Counted from the stretch's first letter, positions 23,733 through 33,377 are shown. The stretch is DNA of 64,000 nucleotides from a marine group bacterium Sva0996 bin134 (GCA_002239105.1 MPNQ01000006.1:2595-66594), one strand, 5' to 3'. Notes: generated by a model from the letters alone, not told the origin. Program-made: numbers and translations.

Positions 23733-24320
23733 TCAGAGGGCGTGCTGGCACACCCAGCGATGCATGGCGATACCCGAGGCCACGCCGGCATTGATGGAGC
23801 GGGTAGAGCCGAACTGGGTGATGGCCAGCACAGCCTCACAGGCGGCCACCGCCTCGGGGGACAGGCCGGGGCCTTCTTGGCCGAACAGCAGCACGCAGCG
23901 CTCGGGCAGCGAGTAGCCCTCGATGGGCACAGAGCCGGGGCCGTTGTCGATGCCCAGGATCGTCAGCTCGGCCTTGCCGGCCCAAGCCATTAGGTCTTCC
24001 AGTTCGGGGTGGTGCAAAACGTGCAGGTAGCGGTCGGTGACCATGGCCCCCCGCCGGTTCCAGCGGCGGCGGCCCACGATGTGCACCGCGGCCGCCCCGA
24101 AGGCGTTGGCGTTGCGAACCATGGTGCCGATGTTGAGATCGTGCTGCCAGTTCTCCACCGCAACGTGGAACCCGTGGCGGCGGGCGTCGAGGTCGGCCAC
24201 GATGGCCTCGTGGCACCAGAAGCGGTAGCAGTCCACCACGTTGCGGCTGTCGCCACCCTCCACCAACTCGGGGTCGAGGTGGGGCGGGAGGCGCTCAGCC
24301 CAGCGCGACAACGCCTGCAC
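23733..24320 (-). CDS. TrmH/SpoU-family RNA 2'-O-methyltransferase
   Basis: SpoU motifs: NIGTMVRNANAFGA, LLFGQEGPGLS, ITQFGSTRSINAGVASGIAM. Confidence 0.8.
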   Translation of the reverse strand: MQALSRWAERLPPHLDPELVEGGDSRNVVDCYRFWCHEAIVADLDARRHGFHVAVENWQHDLNIGTMVRNANAFGAAAVHIVGRRRWNRRGAMVTDRYLHVLHHPELEDLMAWAGKAELTILGIDNGPGSVPIEGYSLPERCVLLFGQEGPGLSPEAVAACEAVLAITQFGSTRSINAGVASGIAMHRWVCQHAL

Positions 24321-24428
24321 CCTCGTACCTGCTGCTCATGCCCTGAGTACCGTAAGCAGGATAGCCAACTCGCCTGATGCCCATCGGACGACGGTACCAA
24401 CTCCCCGTCCATCGGCTAGAAACAGTTC

Positions 24429-25742
24429 ATGAAGACCCGGGACTCCAAGCGCCACCGCTTCGCGGCCACAACCTCGATCCTGCTGGCCGTCTGCCTGATG
24501 GCGTCGGCGTGCAGCGACGCCGATGGCCCGGCCCTGGGCGACAGATCGCTCGGGGTCATCACCATACGCCCGGGCGAGGCCGTCCAGATCCGGTCGCTCA
24601 GCTCATTCGACATCCCCGGTGCCGGCCCACGGGACTACATCAATGCCGTCGAACTCGCCATCGAGGACTACGGGCCGATCCACGGCGCGTTCGCCGTCGA
24701 ACTCGGCGACCCCATCAACGACGAGTGTACGGCCGAAGACGGCCCGCAAGCAGCCCAGGCCGTGCTGGCCGATGCGAGCACCGTGGGAGTGATCGGCTCA
24801 TCCTGCTCGGTGACCGCCACCACTGCCGCGCCGCTGATCACCGCCGCGGGGCTGGTGATGATCTCCATGTCGAATACCTCGCCGCTGCTCACTTCCGACC
24901 TGGCCGGTACCCCCAGCCAGCACTACCTGACGGGGTACTACCGCACTGCTCACAACGACCTCTATCAGGGCGAGGCGGTAGCCGACTTCCTGCACGACAC
25001 GCTCGGACCCCAGAAGGTGGCGGTAGTCCATGAGGGCGACGCCTACACCGAGGGGCTGGCCCAGGCGTTCCGCAGCGCATTCGAGCGCCATGGCGGCACC
25101 ATCATCCAGTACATCAAGATCGAGTCAGGCACCACCGATGTCGCCGAAGTGTTGACCCGGATCGCAGCCGGCGAGCCCGATGCCCTCTTCTTCCCGCTCT
25201 ACCAGGACACCGGGGCCGACTTCATGGCAACCGTGAGGCAGCATGGAGGCTTCGAGGACACAGTGCTGGTCTCCGCCGACGGCGTCCTCCACTATTCGTT
25301 CATGGAATTGGACCACTCCGGTGGGGTGTATATCTCCGGCCCCGACCTGGACTTCGGCGACAACTCCAATCAAGCCACCGGCATGGACGCCGAGCAGGCG
25401 ACCGAGCGGTTCACCCACAATACGGGAGCGCCGCCGGTGCGGGCCTTCTGGGCCCACGCGTATGACGCCACCACGCTGCTGCTGGACGCCGTCACGGCCG
25501 CCTCCCGCGTCGAGCGCGGCAAGCTGGTAATCGACCGGGAGGGTATCCGCCAATATCTCGACCAAGTTGCGAACTACCAGGGCATCATCGGCGATATCAC
25601 CTGTGACGCGTTCGGAGATTGCGGTTCAGGAAGGATCTCCATCATCCAGCACCTCGATCCCAGCAATCCCGACGCATCCTGGGACAATGTGGTCTACCGG
25701 TTCTCCCCGCAGTCGCCCACCTCAACCGATACCCACGAATAG
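24429..25742 (+). CDS. ABC transporter substrate-binding lipoprotein (branched-chain amino acid / Leu-Ile-Val-binding type)
   Basis: Lipobox LLAVCLMASAC. Periplasmic-binding-protein type I composition (VIGSSCS, VAVVHEGDAYTEGL). Confidence 0.7.
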   Translation: MKTRDSKRHRFAATTSILLAVCLMASACSDADGPALGDRSLGVITIRPGEAVQIRSLSSFDIPGAGPRDYINAVELAIEDYGPIHGAFAVELGDPINDECTAEDGPQAAQAVLADASTVGVIGSSCSVTATTAAPLITAAGLVMISMSNTSPLLTSDLAGTPSQHYLTGYYRTAHNDLYQGEAVADFLHDTLGPQKVAVVHEGDAYTEGLAQAFRSAFERHGGTIIQYIKIESGTTDVAEVLTRIAAGEPDALFFPLYQDTGADFMATVRQHGGFEDTVLVSADGVLHYSFMELDHSGGVYISGPDLDFGDNSNQATGMDAEQATERFTHNTGAPPVRAFWAHAYDATTLLLDAVTAASRVERGKLVIDREGIRQYLDQVANYQGIIGDITCDAFGDCGSGRISIIQHLDPSNPDASWDNVVYRFSPQSPTSTDTHE

Positions 25743-25769
25743 CAGCCCGGTTGGGAGATCAGGCGCCGC

Positions 25770-26795
25770 TCAAACCATCGCAGCGATGCGCTCAGCGTGC
25801 TCGTCGAGTGATCCGAAACAGGGGGTGAGAGCCCAGGCCCGCTTGAGGTAGAGGTGGGCGTCGATCTCCCAGGTGAAGCCCATGCCGCCGTGGACCTGCA
25901 CGCAGTCTTTGCCGTTGTGGTCGGCGGCCTCGGCGGCCAAGATGCGGGCCCCCGATATCGCCCGCACCATCACCTGGTGCTCGCGATCGCCTCGCGCGTC
26001 GCCAGGATCAATCGTGCAGCCCTCGAAGTACAGATAGTCGCCGGGGCCCGCGGGCAGGCCGGGGCCGTGGGTGGCATCCATTACACAACCGGCGTAATAC
26101 AGGGCGGCTCGGGCCACCTCTTCCCGGCTGTACATGTCGGCGCACTTGTGCTTGATGGCCTGGAACTGGCCGATGGGCTTGCCGAACTGCTGGCGCTCCT
26201 GGGCATAGGCCACGGCCAGCTCCCGGGCGCCGGTGGCCAGGCCAACTTGGAGGGCTGAGTAAAGGAACACCGCCTGATTGGCCCAGCCGTAGCAGTAGTC
26301 GACCACTGCCTCGCCCTGGGGCAGAACAGCCACCCGCCCCACCGGCGTCAGCGGGTCCACCGAATGGGCGGCTTCAAACGACAGGTCAGCGGCGTCCACT
26401 CGCCACACGCCGTCTTTGTCCACCACCAGCAGGGCGTCAATCACGTCGGGATACTCCACCAATGCGGGCCCGATGGGACGCTCGATGAGGCCGACCACGG
26501 CGTCGTCAGTCCACCCAGAAGCCAACAGCGTGCCCACCAGCGGTCCGGGCACCAGGGACCGGCCCAACTGCTCGAATACCAGGCCAGCCTCGGCCCAGCC
26601 CAAGCCGACCCCGCCGTCTTCTTCGGGCACCACCAGCGAGAACACGCCCGTGTCGGCCAGCTCTGCCCACAGACGGCGGTCCACTCCGCCGCAGTCGGCC
26701 AGGCCCCGCACGGTGTCGATGTCGAAGCGGCCCTGGCACAGGTCCCGGATGCCGTCGCTCAGCGCGACTTGGTCGTCGGTCAGCTCGAAGTCCAT
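25770..26795 (-). CDS. Acyl-CoA dehydrogenase-family protein, small subunit type (341 aa)
   Basis: ACAD fold motifs (QERQQFGKPIGQFQAIKHKCADM). It starts on the base directly after the stop of the upstream 397-aa ACAD. Confidence 0.8.
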   Translation of the reverse strand: MDFELTDDQVALSDGIRDLCQGRFDIDTVRGLADCGGVDRRLWAELADTGVFSLVVPEEDGGVGLGWAEAGLVFEQLGRSLVPGPLVGTLLASGWTDDAVVGLIERPIGPALVEYPDVIDALLVVDKDGVWRVDAADLSFEAAHSVDPLTPVGRVAVLPQGEAVVDYCYGWANQAVFLYSALQVGLATGARELAVAYAQERQQFGKPIGQFQAIKHKCADMYSREEVARAALYYAGCVMDATHGPGLPAGPGDYLYFEGCTIDPGDARGDREHQVMVRAISGARILAAEAADHNGKDCVQVHGGMGFTWEIDAHLYLKRAWALTPCFGSLDEHAERIAAMV

Positions 26796-27989
26796 CTACC
26801 GCTCCTTGGGCAAGCCCAAGATGCGCTCGCCGATGATGTTTCGTTGAATCTCGGAGGTGCCCGCCGCTATCGACAGACTGAGGACGTACAGACGGCTGGC
26901 CACCATGTCGCCGCCGGTCTGCTCATCGCCGGCTTCGCTGCCAAACACCAGGGCCTCCCGCTCCAGCATGCGGTGGGCCAAGTCGGCCATGCGCTTTTTC
27001 ACGTCGGCGTAGTAGAGCTTGAACACCGAGCCACCCGGTCCGGGCATCCCGGTGCGCTGGGCTTGCGACACCACCCGCTTGGTCAGCGCCCACAGGGCGT
27101 CGTATTCGGCCTGAAGGCGACCGATCTCCCGGCGAATTTCGTCGTCGTCCCAGGCAAGAGATCCGTTGCAGGAAGTGTTGCGGGCGATGTCGGCCATGTC
27201 GGCCAGTTGGTTCAATGTGCCGAGCAGTTCGCTTATGAAGGCGGTGCCCCGCTCGAAGCTGAAGGTGACCATGGCCACCCGCCAACCGTCGTTCTCGTCG
27301 CCCACCCGGTTCTCCACCGGGATGCGGACCTCGTCGAAAAAGACCTCGCAGAACTCGCTGGATCCGGCAACGGTGGTGATAGGGCGGACCTCGATGCCGG
27401 GTAGGTCCATGGGACAGATCAGCCAGGTGATGCCGCGGTGCTTGGGGGCGTCGGGGTCGGTGCGCACCAGCAGCTCGCAGTAATCGGCCACGTGTCCGAA
27501 CGATGTCCAGATCTTCTGGCCGGTAACCACGTAGTGGTCGCCGTCGCGAATGGCCCGGGTAGACAGCGAGGCCAGGTCGGATCCCGCGTTGGGCTCGGAG
27601 AACCCCTGGCACCACACCTCCTCGCCCTTCAACATGGCGGGCAAGTGGCGGGCCTGCTGTTCGGAAGTGGCCTCGAGGATGAGGGTGGGACCGGCGTGGA
27701 GCTGGGCCACGAAGTTCATCCCCACATAGGGGGCACCCATCCGGGTGGTCTCCTCCAAGAAAATCAGGTGCTCGGTGGGGGTGGACCCCCGGCCGCCAAA
27801 CTCCGAGGGCCAATTGATGCCCGCGTACCCGGCGTCGTAGAGCTTGCGCTGCCAGCCCATGTCCCACTCCCGGCGAGCGGGCCAATCGTTGCTGTCTGGC
27901 GGGTCTCCCAGCGTAGGCAGCACATCGGTGAGCCAGGCGCGTAGCTCGTCGCGGAATGTGGCCTCTTCCGCGGTGAATCGAATGTCCAT
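26796..27989 (-). CDS. Acyl-CoA dehydrogenase (397 aa)
   Basis: GINWPSEFGGRG, WCQGFSEPNAGSDLA, and the C-terminal AAGTSEIQRNIIGERILGLP. Confidence 0.85.
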   Translation of the reverse strand: MDIRFTAEEATFRDELRAWLTDVLPTLGDPPDSNDWPARREWDMGWQRKLYDAGYAGINWPSEFGGRGSTPTEHLIFLEETTRMGAPYVGMNFVAQLHAGPTLILEATSEQQARHLPAMLKGEEVWCQGFSEPNAGSDLASLSTRAIRDGDHYVVTGQKIWTSFGHVADYCELLVRTDPDAPKHRGITWLICPMDLPGIEVRPITTVAGSSEFCEVFFDEVRIPVENRVGDENDGWRVAMVTFSFERGTAFISELLGTLNQLADMADIARNTSCNGSLAWDDDEIRREIGRLQAEYDALWALTKRVVSQAQRTGMPGPGGSVFKLYYADVKKRMADLAHRMLEREALVFGSEAGDEQTGGDMVASRLYVLSLSIAAGTSEIQRNIIGERILGLPKER

Positions 27990-28010
27990 CGGCAGCGATG
28001 GTACCTAGCC

Positions 28011-28529
28011 TTAGAGCAAGGGCAAGAGTTGATCCATCAGAGCGTCGATCTCGCGGACGCAGGCCACGAACTCGTAGTCCTCTCCTCCCCCGGGATCGAC
28101 CACCTCCTCATCGCGGGGCACCTTGGCATCGTCCAGGTTGAGGGCAGCCACCCGCTGGGCCAGCGGTTCGGATCCTGGTTTCAACTCGACCACCAAACGC
28201 TTGATGGTGGCGGTGCGGGCCGCCGCCTCGGGATGGACACGGCGCACGTAGTCCACATGCTCGGGAGCGAAGGCCACAATGAGGTCGGCCCCTTGAGCGT
28301 CGGCCGCTGTGAGCTGGTGGCTGCGATGGGTGCCGTCGGCCAATCCCAGAGATTCCAGAGCCCGCCGGGTTCGACCGCTCATAGGCAGGCCCTCGATGCT
28401 GTGGGTGCCCGCGCCGACGAAACGCACTTCGTCGGTGCGGTCCCGGCCAATGACGGTGGCCATCACGGAGCGGGCGGCGTTGCCGGTACACAGCATCACC
28501 ACTACTGGGTTGCTGCCAGATTCAGTCAT
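28011..28529 (-). CDS. Low-molecular-weight protein-tyrosine phosphatase / ArsC-like
   Basis: CX5R(S) P-loop VVVMLCTGNAARSVMA. I prefer the ATG at 28529 (MTESGSNP), which overlaps the upstream stop (ATGA). The track's 5' extension is Arg/Cys-rich and looks non-coding. Confidence 0.75.
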   Translation of the reverse strand: MTESGSNPVVVMLCTGNAARSVMATVIGRDRTDEVRFVGAGTHSIEGLPMSGRTRRALESLGLADGTHRSHQLTAADAQGADLIVAFAPEHVDYVRRVHPEAAARTATIKRLVVELKPGSEPLAQRVAALNLDDAKVPRDEEVVDPGGGEDYEFVACVREIDALMDQLLPLL

Positions 28530-28933
28530 AACCGCTCGGCGGCAGGTCGGACGAACAGAGCCTCGGCCTCGGCGGTAAGCAAACCCCCGGCATGGCACTG
28601 GCCAGCAGCAGTGACCCGCCGGCTGCGGGCGTCGGTCAACCACCCAGTTAGCACCAGCTCGGTATCGAGAGGGGTGAGTGCCCGGTATCGGACAGTCAGT
28701 CGGCCAGTGAACGCCCCCCTGCGCCCAGTCATCTTGTAGGGCAGCACCCCCAGCAAACTGTCGAACATGGCGGCCAGGTAGCCGCCATGGACACTGCCTT
28801 CAGGACCTTGGTAGTCCTCGCCCAAGCTCACTACCGCGGTCACGGTGGGACGTCCCAACTCGTCGACGTTGTAGCTCACATCCAGTGCGGGTGGCAGCAG
28901 AACGGGGGCTCGGAGCTGCTTCGATTCGCTCAC
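28526..28933 (-). CDS. PaaI/hotdog-fold thioesterase
   Basis: EGSVHGGYLAAMFDSLLG motif. The in-frame GTG at 28933 lies in the downstream copy of the 35-bp duplication; the start could be further upstream (track: 29056). Confidence 0.7.
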   Translation of the reverse strand: MSESKQLRAPVLLPPALDVSYNVDELGRPTVTAVVSLGEDYQGPEGSVHGGYLAAMFDSLLGVLPYKMTGRRGAFTGRLTVRYRALTPLDTELVLTGWLTDARSRRVTAAGQCHAGGLLTAEAEALFVRPAAERL

Positions 28934-28974
28934 GCCGATGGGGCTCGGAGCTGCTTCGATTCGCTCACGCCGAT
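28905..28974. repeat. Perfect 35-bp tandem duplication (2 copies) at a gene junction
   Basis: GGGGCTCGGAGCTGCTTCGATTCGCTCACGCCGAT occurs at 28905-28939 and again at 28940-28974. It is followed by a partial, imperfect third start (TGGGCTCGGCGCTG). Confidence 0.95.
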
Positions 28975-29414
28975 TGGGCTCGGCGCTGGGCCTCCTCGGC
29001 GATGCCGACAGCCATCTTGCCTGTCGCCGAGGACATGACCTGGCGCATGATCCCACCGGTTAGCGGAATGACGGTCTCGAACCAGGAGTCCCAGTGAAGC
29101 GTGCAACCGCTGCCGTCCTCGTCGGACACCAACAGCAAATCGGAGCGGCAGTTGCGCACCGGCATCGGCAGGCTCAGCACTCGGTAAGCCATGCGGTTGG
29201 GGGGGTCGAAGGTGGTGATCTCCTCCCGGGTGCGCATAGGGCCGATGTGGAACACCCGAATGGCGCCCACACCGTTGCGTTCGGGAGAGCCCTCGACCTC
29301 CAGATCGACCATGGAGCGGGGTACCCAGCGGGCATACAGCTCATGGTCGGTCATTACCTCCCAAGCCACTTCTTGGGGGGCGGCAATCGGTGTGGATGAA
29401 GAAACGGTGTGCAT
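28965..29414 (-). CDS. SRPBCC (START/polyketide-cyclase-like) family protein
   Basis: 149 aa with typical SRPBCC composition (VAWEVMTDHELYARW...IRVFHIGP...). The stop lies in the upstream copy of the 35-bp duplication. Confidence 0.65.
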   Translation of the reverse strand: MHTVSSSTPIAAPQEVAWEVMTDHELYARWVPRSMVDLEVEGSPERNGVGAIRVFHIGPMRTREEITTFDPPNRMAYRVLSLPMPVRNCRSDLLLVSDEDGSGCTLHWDSWFETVIPLTGGIMRQVMSSATGKMAVGIAEEAQRRAQSA

Positions 29415-29426
29415 GAGTGATGAGTT

Positions 29427-30245
29427 CTAGCCCAGGTAGGCGTCGCGGACCGCCGTGTTGTTGCGGACCTCCTCGGGCGAGCCCTCGCCGATTACCCGGC
29501 CCAAATTCAGCACGGTGATCAGGTCGCACTGGGCCATGACAAAGGCCACGTCGTGCTCCACCAGCAGCACCGAGCACTGGTCTTCAGACCGGATGGTCTG
29601 GATGATCTCACCAAGTTGGTCGGCCTCATCGTGTTCGATGCCCGAGGTGGGCTCGTCCAGCAGCAGGACTTTGGGACGTGACACGATGGCCCGGCCCAGT
29701 TCCACCATACGGGCCCGGGCGATGGGCAGTTCCCCCGCGGGAGTGTCCCGAATGTCGGTGAGGCCACACAGCTCCAGCACCTCGTCCACCCGTTGGCGCC
29801 TCTGAGCTTCGATACGGCGTCGGGCGGGCCACGCCACCAAGTCGGCGGCGATGCCGCCCCCGCCGCCTTCCCACTCCAATGCCGCCAGCACGTTGTCAGC
29901 CACCGACAACCAGCCGAAAGGCTGCTGGCGCTGGAACGTTCGGCGGATGCCCAGGCGGGCCCGAGATGTGGCCGGTCGGTCGGTGATTTCCTCACCCTCC
30001 AGCCAGATGGAACCGGCCGCAGGGGTGTTCACCCCGGTGATGCTGTCGAACAGAGTCGTCTTGCCGGCACCGTTGGGCCCGATGAGGCCCCGAACCTGGC
30101 CGGACGGCACCGACATGGTCACGTTGTCCACCGCCAGCACGCCGCCGAAGCGCACCGTGACCCCCTCAACTGCCAGAAGGGGCTGATCCGATTCGGCGGG
30201 ACGCTCCGCCACCGCAGTGGCACCCTCTGTGCTCATCTCGGCCAC
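29427..30245 (-). CDS. ABC transporter ATP-binding protein (LivG-like)
   Basis: Walker A is GLIGPNGAGKTTLF and Walker B is VLLLDEPTSG. N-terminal branched-chain-type extension. Confidence 0.85.
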   Translation of the reverse strand: MAEMSTEGATAVAERPAESDQPLLAVEGVTVRFGGVLAVDNVTMSVPSGQVRGLIGPNGAGKTTLFDSITGVNTPAAGSIWLEGEEITDRPATSRARLGIRRTFQRQQPFGWLSVADNVLAALEWEGGGGGIAADLVAWPARRRIEAQRRQRVDEVLELCGLTDIRDTPAGELPIARARMVELGRAIVSRPKVLLLDEPTSGIEHDEADQLGEIIQTIRSEDQCSVLLVEHDVAFVMAQCDLITVLNLGRVIGEGSPEEVRNNTAVRDAYLG

Positions 30246-30254
30246 GCTACTAGG

Positions 30255-31124
30255 TCACAAGCGGGAGATCACCGAGTCGGCGAAGGCAGCCATGGTGTCG
30301 CGCTTGAAGTCAATGGAGGACGTGGGCAGGCCGTGGCTGAACAGCCAGGGAACCACGTTGTAGTCGGTGACCCCCAGCTCGATGAGGCGCTCGATTTCGC
30401 CCAGTGTCGGCGTGTGGCCGAGGGCAATCATGATGCGGAAGTCATCACGGTCGGCGGTGCCGGCCTCCTGGCGGGCCGCGCTGAGCTGGCCCACCTTCTC
30501 CTCAAGTTCGTCGATCTCGAAGTTGATGCCCAACCAACCGTCCCAGCGGGCTGCGCGGCGGAGTGCCGGCTTGGACACCCCGCCGATGAGCACCGGCACC
30601 GGCTCTGTGGGCACCGGTTCCATCTGCACCGGAGGGAAGTCGTAGAACTTGCCGGAGTGGCTCACCATGCCTCCACCCAGGAACTTTCTCAGCACCTCCA
30701 GCATCTCGTCGGTGTGGCGACCCCGGCGGTGGAAGTCTTGGCCCGTGAGCAAGAACTCGTCCTTCATCCAGCCCACGCCCGCGCCCAGCTCCACTCGGTT
30801 GTCGCTGAACACCGCGGCAGTGGAGATCAGCTTGGCCACCGAGAACACCTCCCGAAGCGGGGGTATGTACACCATGGGCATGAACCGAAGTGTGGCGGTG
30901 TGCTGGGCCAGCACCGCTGCGGCCATCCACACATCAGGGAAGTCGGTGTTGGGATCCCACCAAATGCTCCCATCTTCGGAATAGGGGTAGGGAGCCTCGA
31001 TGGTCTGGGGCGTGACCAGGTGATCGGCGGTAGTCAGGCCAGTAAATCCCAGCTCTTCGGCGGCGATGGAGATGTCAACCAACTGCTCCGTCTCCGCAAA
31101 CGCGATGCTGTGCCAAAAGCGCAT
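30255..31124 (-). CDS. Luciferase-like monooxygenase (LLM) family oxidoreductase, possibly F420-dependent
   Basis: MRFWHSIAFAETEQLVDISIAAEELGFTGLTTADHLV is typical of the LLM class. I prefer the start at ATG 31124. Confidence 0.7.
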   Translation of the reverse strand: MRFWHSIAFAETEQLVDISIAAEELGFTGLTTADHLVTPQTIEAPYPYSEDGSIWWDPNTDFPDVWMAAAVLAQHTATLRFMPMVYIPPLREVFSVAKLISTAAVFSDNRVELGAGVGWMKDEFLLTGQDFHRRGRHTDEMLEVLRKFLGGGMVSHSGKFYDFPPVQMEPVPTEPVPVLIGGVSKPALRRAARWDGWLGINFEIDELEEKVGQLSAARQEAGTADRDDFRIMIALGHTPTLGEIERLIELGVTDYNVVPWLFSHGLPTSSIDFKRDTMAAFADSVISRL

Positions 31125-31197
31125 AAGGCCCTCCGAGTTGTCCTTGCCGCCGCAGCGTAACCGGACCAGCAATCAGCTGACCCGTTTGGTGGCTGTT

Positions 31198-32178
31198 CTA
31201 CAAGCCCAGAGCGGTGGCGATGCGGTTTCGGTGCCAGGCGGCATCGCCCCAGGCGGCGGACAGGGCCCAGCCTCGCTTCATCCACAGGTGCAGGTCGTAT
31301 TCGAAGGTGTAGCCGATGGCGCCGTGGCACTGGAGGGCGGTGCGGGAAGCCAGATCCACCGCTTCGGAGGCCAGCGCCTTGGCCATGGACACGTCCCGAC
31401 TGCGGTCGGGATCGCTGGTAGCGATGCACCAAGCGGCGTGTCGGGCGGTGGGGCGGGCGAATTCGATCTTGAGGGCGGCGTTAGCTAGGTGGTGCTTGAC
31501 CGCTTGGTAGCTGCCCACCGGCTTGCCGAACTGGTAGCGCTGGGCCACGTACTCCACGGTGGCGTCCAGAAGGTGCTGGGCCACGCCAACGCACTGGGCG
31601 GCCGCCGCGGCGGCGGAACGGTCGAAGGCCAGCGCAGGGTCGGCGTCGAGGGTCACCGCGTCTCCCTCCACCTCGAACAAACGCCGGGACCCGTCCACCG
31701 ATCGGTGTTCGACGAGCGACGCCCCGTCCACTGGCACGGCCCGAACCCGTTCGCCGATGAGCAGTATCAGATCGCAAGACGCTGCACCCACCGCGTAACC
31801 GCCAGCGGGGCCGGCGCACAGCGTTACCTCCCCGGATGCGGCCCGCTCAAGCCATGCATCGGATACGGGTCCTCCGGCTTCGGCCAGTGTGGGGATCCCC
31901 ACCGCGGTGTGCTCCAGCAGGGGCTCGGGCAGGGCAGCCCGACCGGCTTCCTCCAGGAGAAGCACCAGATCGGTTTCGTTCATGCCCAGCCCGCCCGCCG
32001 ACTCGGGGGCGGTCATCCCCACAACGCCCATCTCGGCAAGGGCAGTCCACAGTCCGTCGGTTCGGCCGTTGTCGTTCTCCCAAGCGGCTCTCACCACTTC
32101 AGGGGGGCATTCGTTTACCAAGATGTCCCGCACCGCCTCTTGGAACATCACCTGGTCGTCGCTGAACGAGAAATCCAC
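31198..32178 (-). CDS. Acyl-CoA dehydrogenase-family protein, small subunit type (326 aa)
   Basis: The GTG at 32178 lies 2 nt after the upstream ACAD stop (MDFSFSDDQVMFQEAV...). ACAD C-terminal motifs are present (QRYQFGKPVGSYQAVKHHLAN). The track's 5' extension overlaps the upstream gene. Confidence 0.75.
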   Translation of the reverse strand: MDFSFSDDQVMFQEAVRDILVNECPPEVVRAAWENDNGRTDGLWTALAEMGVVGMTAPESAGGLGMNETDLVLLLEEAGRAALPEPLLEHTAVGIPTLAEAGGPVSDAWLERAASGEVTLCAGPAGGYAVGAASCDLILLIGERVRAVPVDGASLVEHRSVDGSRRLFEVEGDAVTLDADPALAFDRSAAAAAAQCVGVAQHLLDATVEYVAQRYQFGKPVGSYQAVKHHLANAALKIEFARPTARHAAWCIATSDPDRSRDVSMAKALASEAVDLASRTALQCHGAIGYTFEYDLHLWMKRGWALSAAWGDAAWHRNRIATALGL

Positions 32179-32180
32179 GC

Positions 32181-33323
32181 CTACCGCCTCGGAAGTCCTA
32201 GAACTCGCTCGGAGATGATGTTTCTCTGGATCTCGTTGGTGCCGGCATATATCGGGCCTGACAGGGCGAACACGTAGCCGTCCATCCATGAGCTGTCGGC
32301 TCGCTCCCCATCGCGGCCCAGAAGCCGCAGGGCAGTGGCGTGCAGTTCCACGTCGAGTTCCGACCAGAGCACCTTCATGAAGCTGGCCTCTGAGCCGATG
32401 GGAGCGCCGCCCCGCAGGCGAGCCTCGGTGGCGTAGGTCTGCCAACGGTAGGCCTGCGCCCCCATCCAGGCGCTCACCACCTGGTCTCGCTGGTCCAGAT
32501 CGGGTCCCCGGCTCTCGGTAAGCTCCTGGTACAGGCCCACCAGCCGGTCGGCGGCGGCCATGAACCGGCCGGGTGCCCGCAGATTCAGCCCTCGCTCGCT
32601 GCCAGTGGTGGCCATGGCCACCGCCCAGCCCTCACCTTCGCCACCCAGCAGGTAGCGCTCATGCACCCGAGCGCCTTCGAAGAACAGTTCGGCAAAGCCG
32701 GGCTCGCCGTCCAAGCGGCCGATGGCCCGGGCCTCCAATCCCTCAGTGTCAGCGGGGACCAGCAGGTAGCTCAGGCCAGCGTGGCGCTCAGATTCCGGGT
32801 CGGAGCGCACCAAGCAAAAGAACCAGTCGGCGAACGCCCCCCGCGAGCACCAGGTCTTCTGGCCGTCGATCACGAAGTATTCGCCGTCGCGCGGGGCTTT
32901 GGTCTTGATCCCCGCTAGGTCTGACCCGGCATCGGGCTCCGACCAACCCTGGGCCCAGACCTCGTCGCCCCGGGCCATGGGGCGCAGGAAGCGGTCCTGC
33001 TGCTCGGGGGTGCCGAAGTCGAAGATGGTGGGAGCCAACAGGCTCACCCCGTTGGACGACACCCGACCCGGCGCCCCTGACGCCCAGTACTCCTCCTCGA
33101 AGATCAGCCACTCCACCAGAGAGGCCTCCCGGCCGCCGAAGCGCTCGGGCCACGACACCACCGCCCACCCGGCGTCGAACAAGATGTGCTCCCACGCCCG
33201 GTGCTCCTCAAAACCACCGGGAGTGTCCATCGACGCCAGCGGCTCCGCGGGCACATTCTCGGCCAGCCAGGTGCGGGCCTCTTCCCGGAATTCCCCTTCC
33301 GCCAGAGTGAACGACAAATCCAT
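32181..33323 (-). CDS. Acyl-CoA dehydrogenase (380 aa)
   Basis: VVSWPERFGGREAS, WAQGWSEPDAGSDLA, IYAGTNEIQRNIISERVLGLP. Confidence 0.85.
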   Translation of the reverse strand: MDLSFTLAEGEFREEARTWLAENVPAEPLASMDTPGGFEEHRAWEHILFDAGWAVVSWPERFGGREASLVEWLIFEEEYWASGAPGRVSSNGVSLLAPTIFDFGTPEQQDRFLRPMARGDEVWAQGWSEPDAGSDLAGIKTKAPRDGEYFVIDGQKTWCSRGAFADWFFCLVRSDPESERHAGLSYLLVPADTEGLEARAIGRLDGEPGFAELFFEGARVHERYLLGGEGEGWAVAMATTGSERGLNLRAPGRFMAAADRLVGLYQELTESRGPDLDQRDQVVSAWMGAQAYRWQTYATEARLRGGAPIGSEASFMKVLWSELDVELHATALRLLGRDGERADSSWMDGYVFALSGPIYAGTNEIQRNIISERVLGLPRR

Positions 33324-33377
33324 CAGCGCAGAACTCTAGGGCCAAAAGGCCGGTTGAGACGATGCCTGGTTGCCCCC

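Noticed and set aside
26364-27404. 346-aa plus-strand ORF, plus the 320-aa minus-strand off-frame ORF 26923-27885
   Set aside because: They overlap the two ACAD genes, which have strong family motifs. They are shadow ORFs of high-GC coding sequence.
29793-31160. 455-aa plus-strand ORF
   Set aside because: Antisense to the ABC ATPase and the LLM oxidoreductase genes, with no motifs and biased composition.
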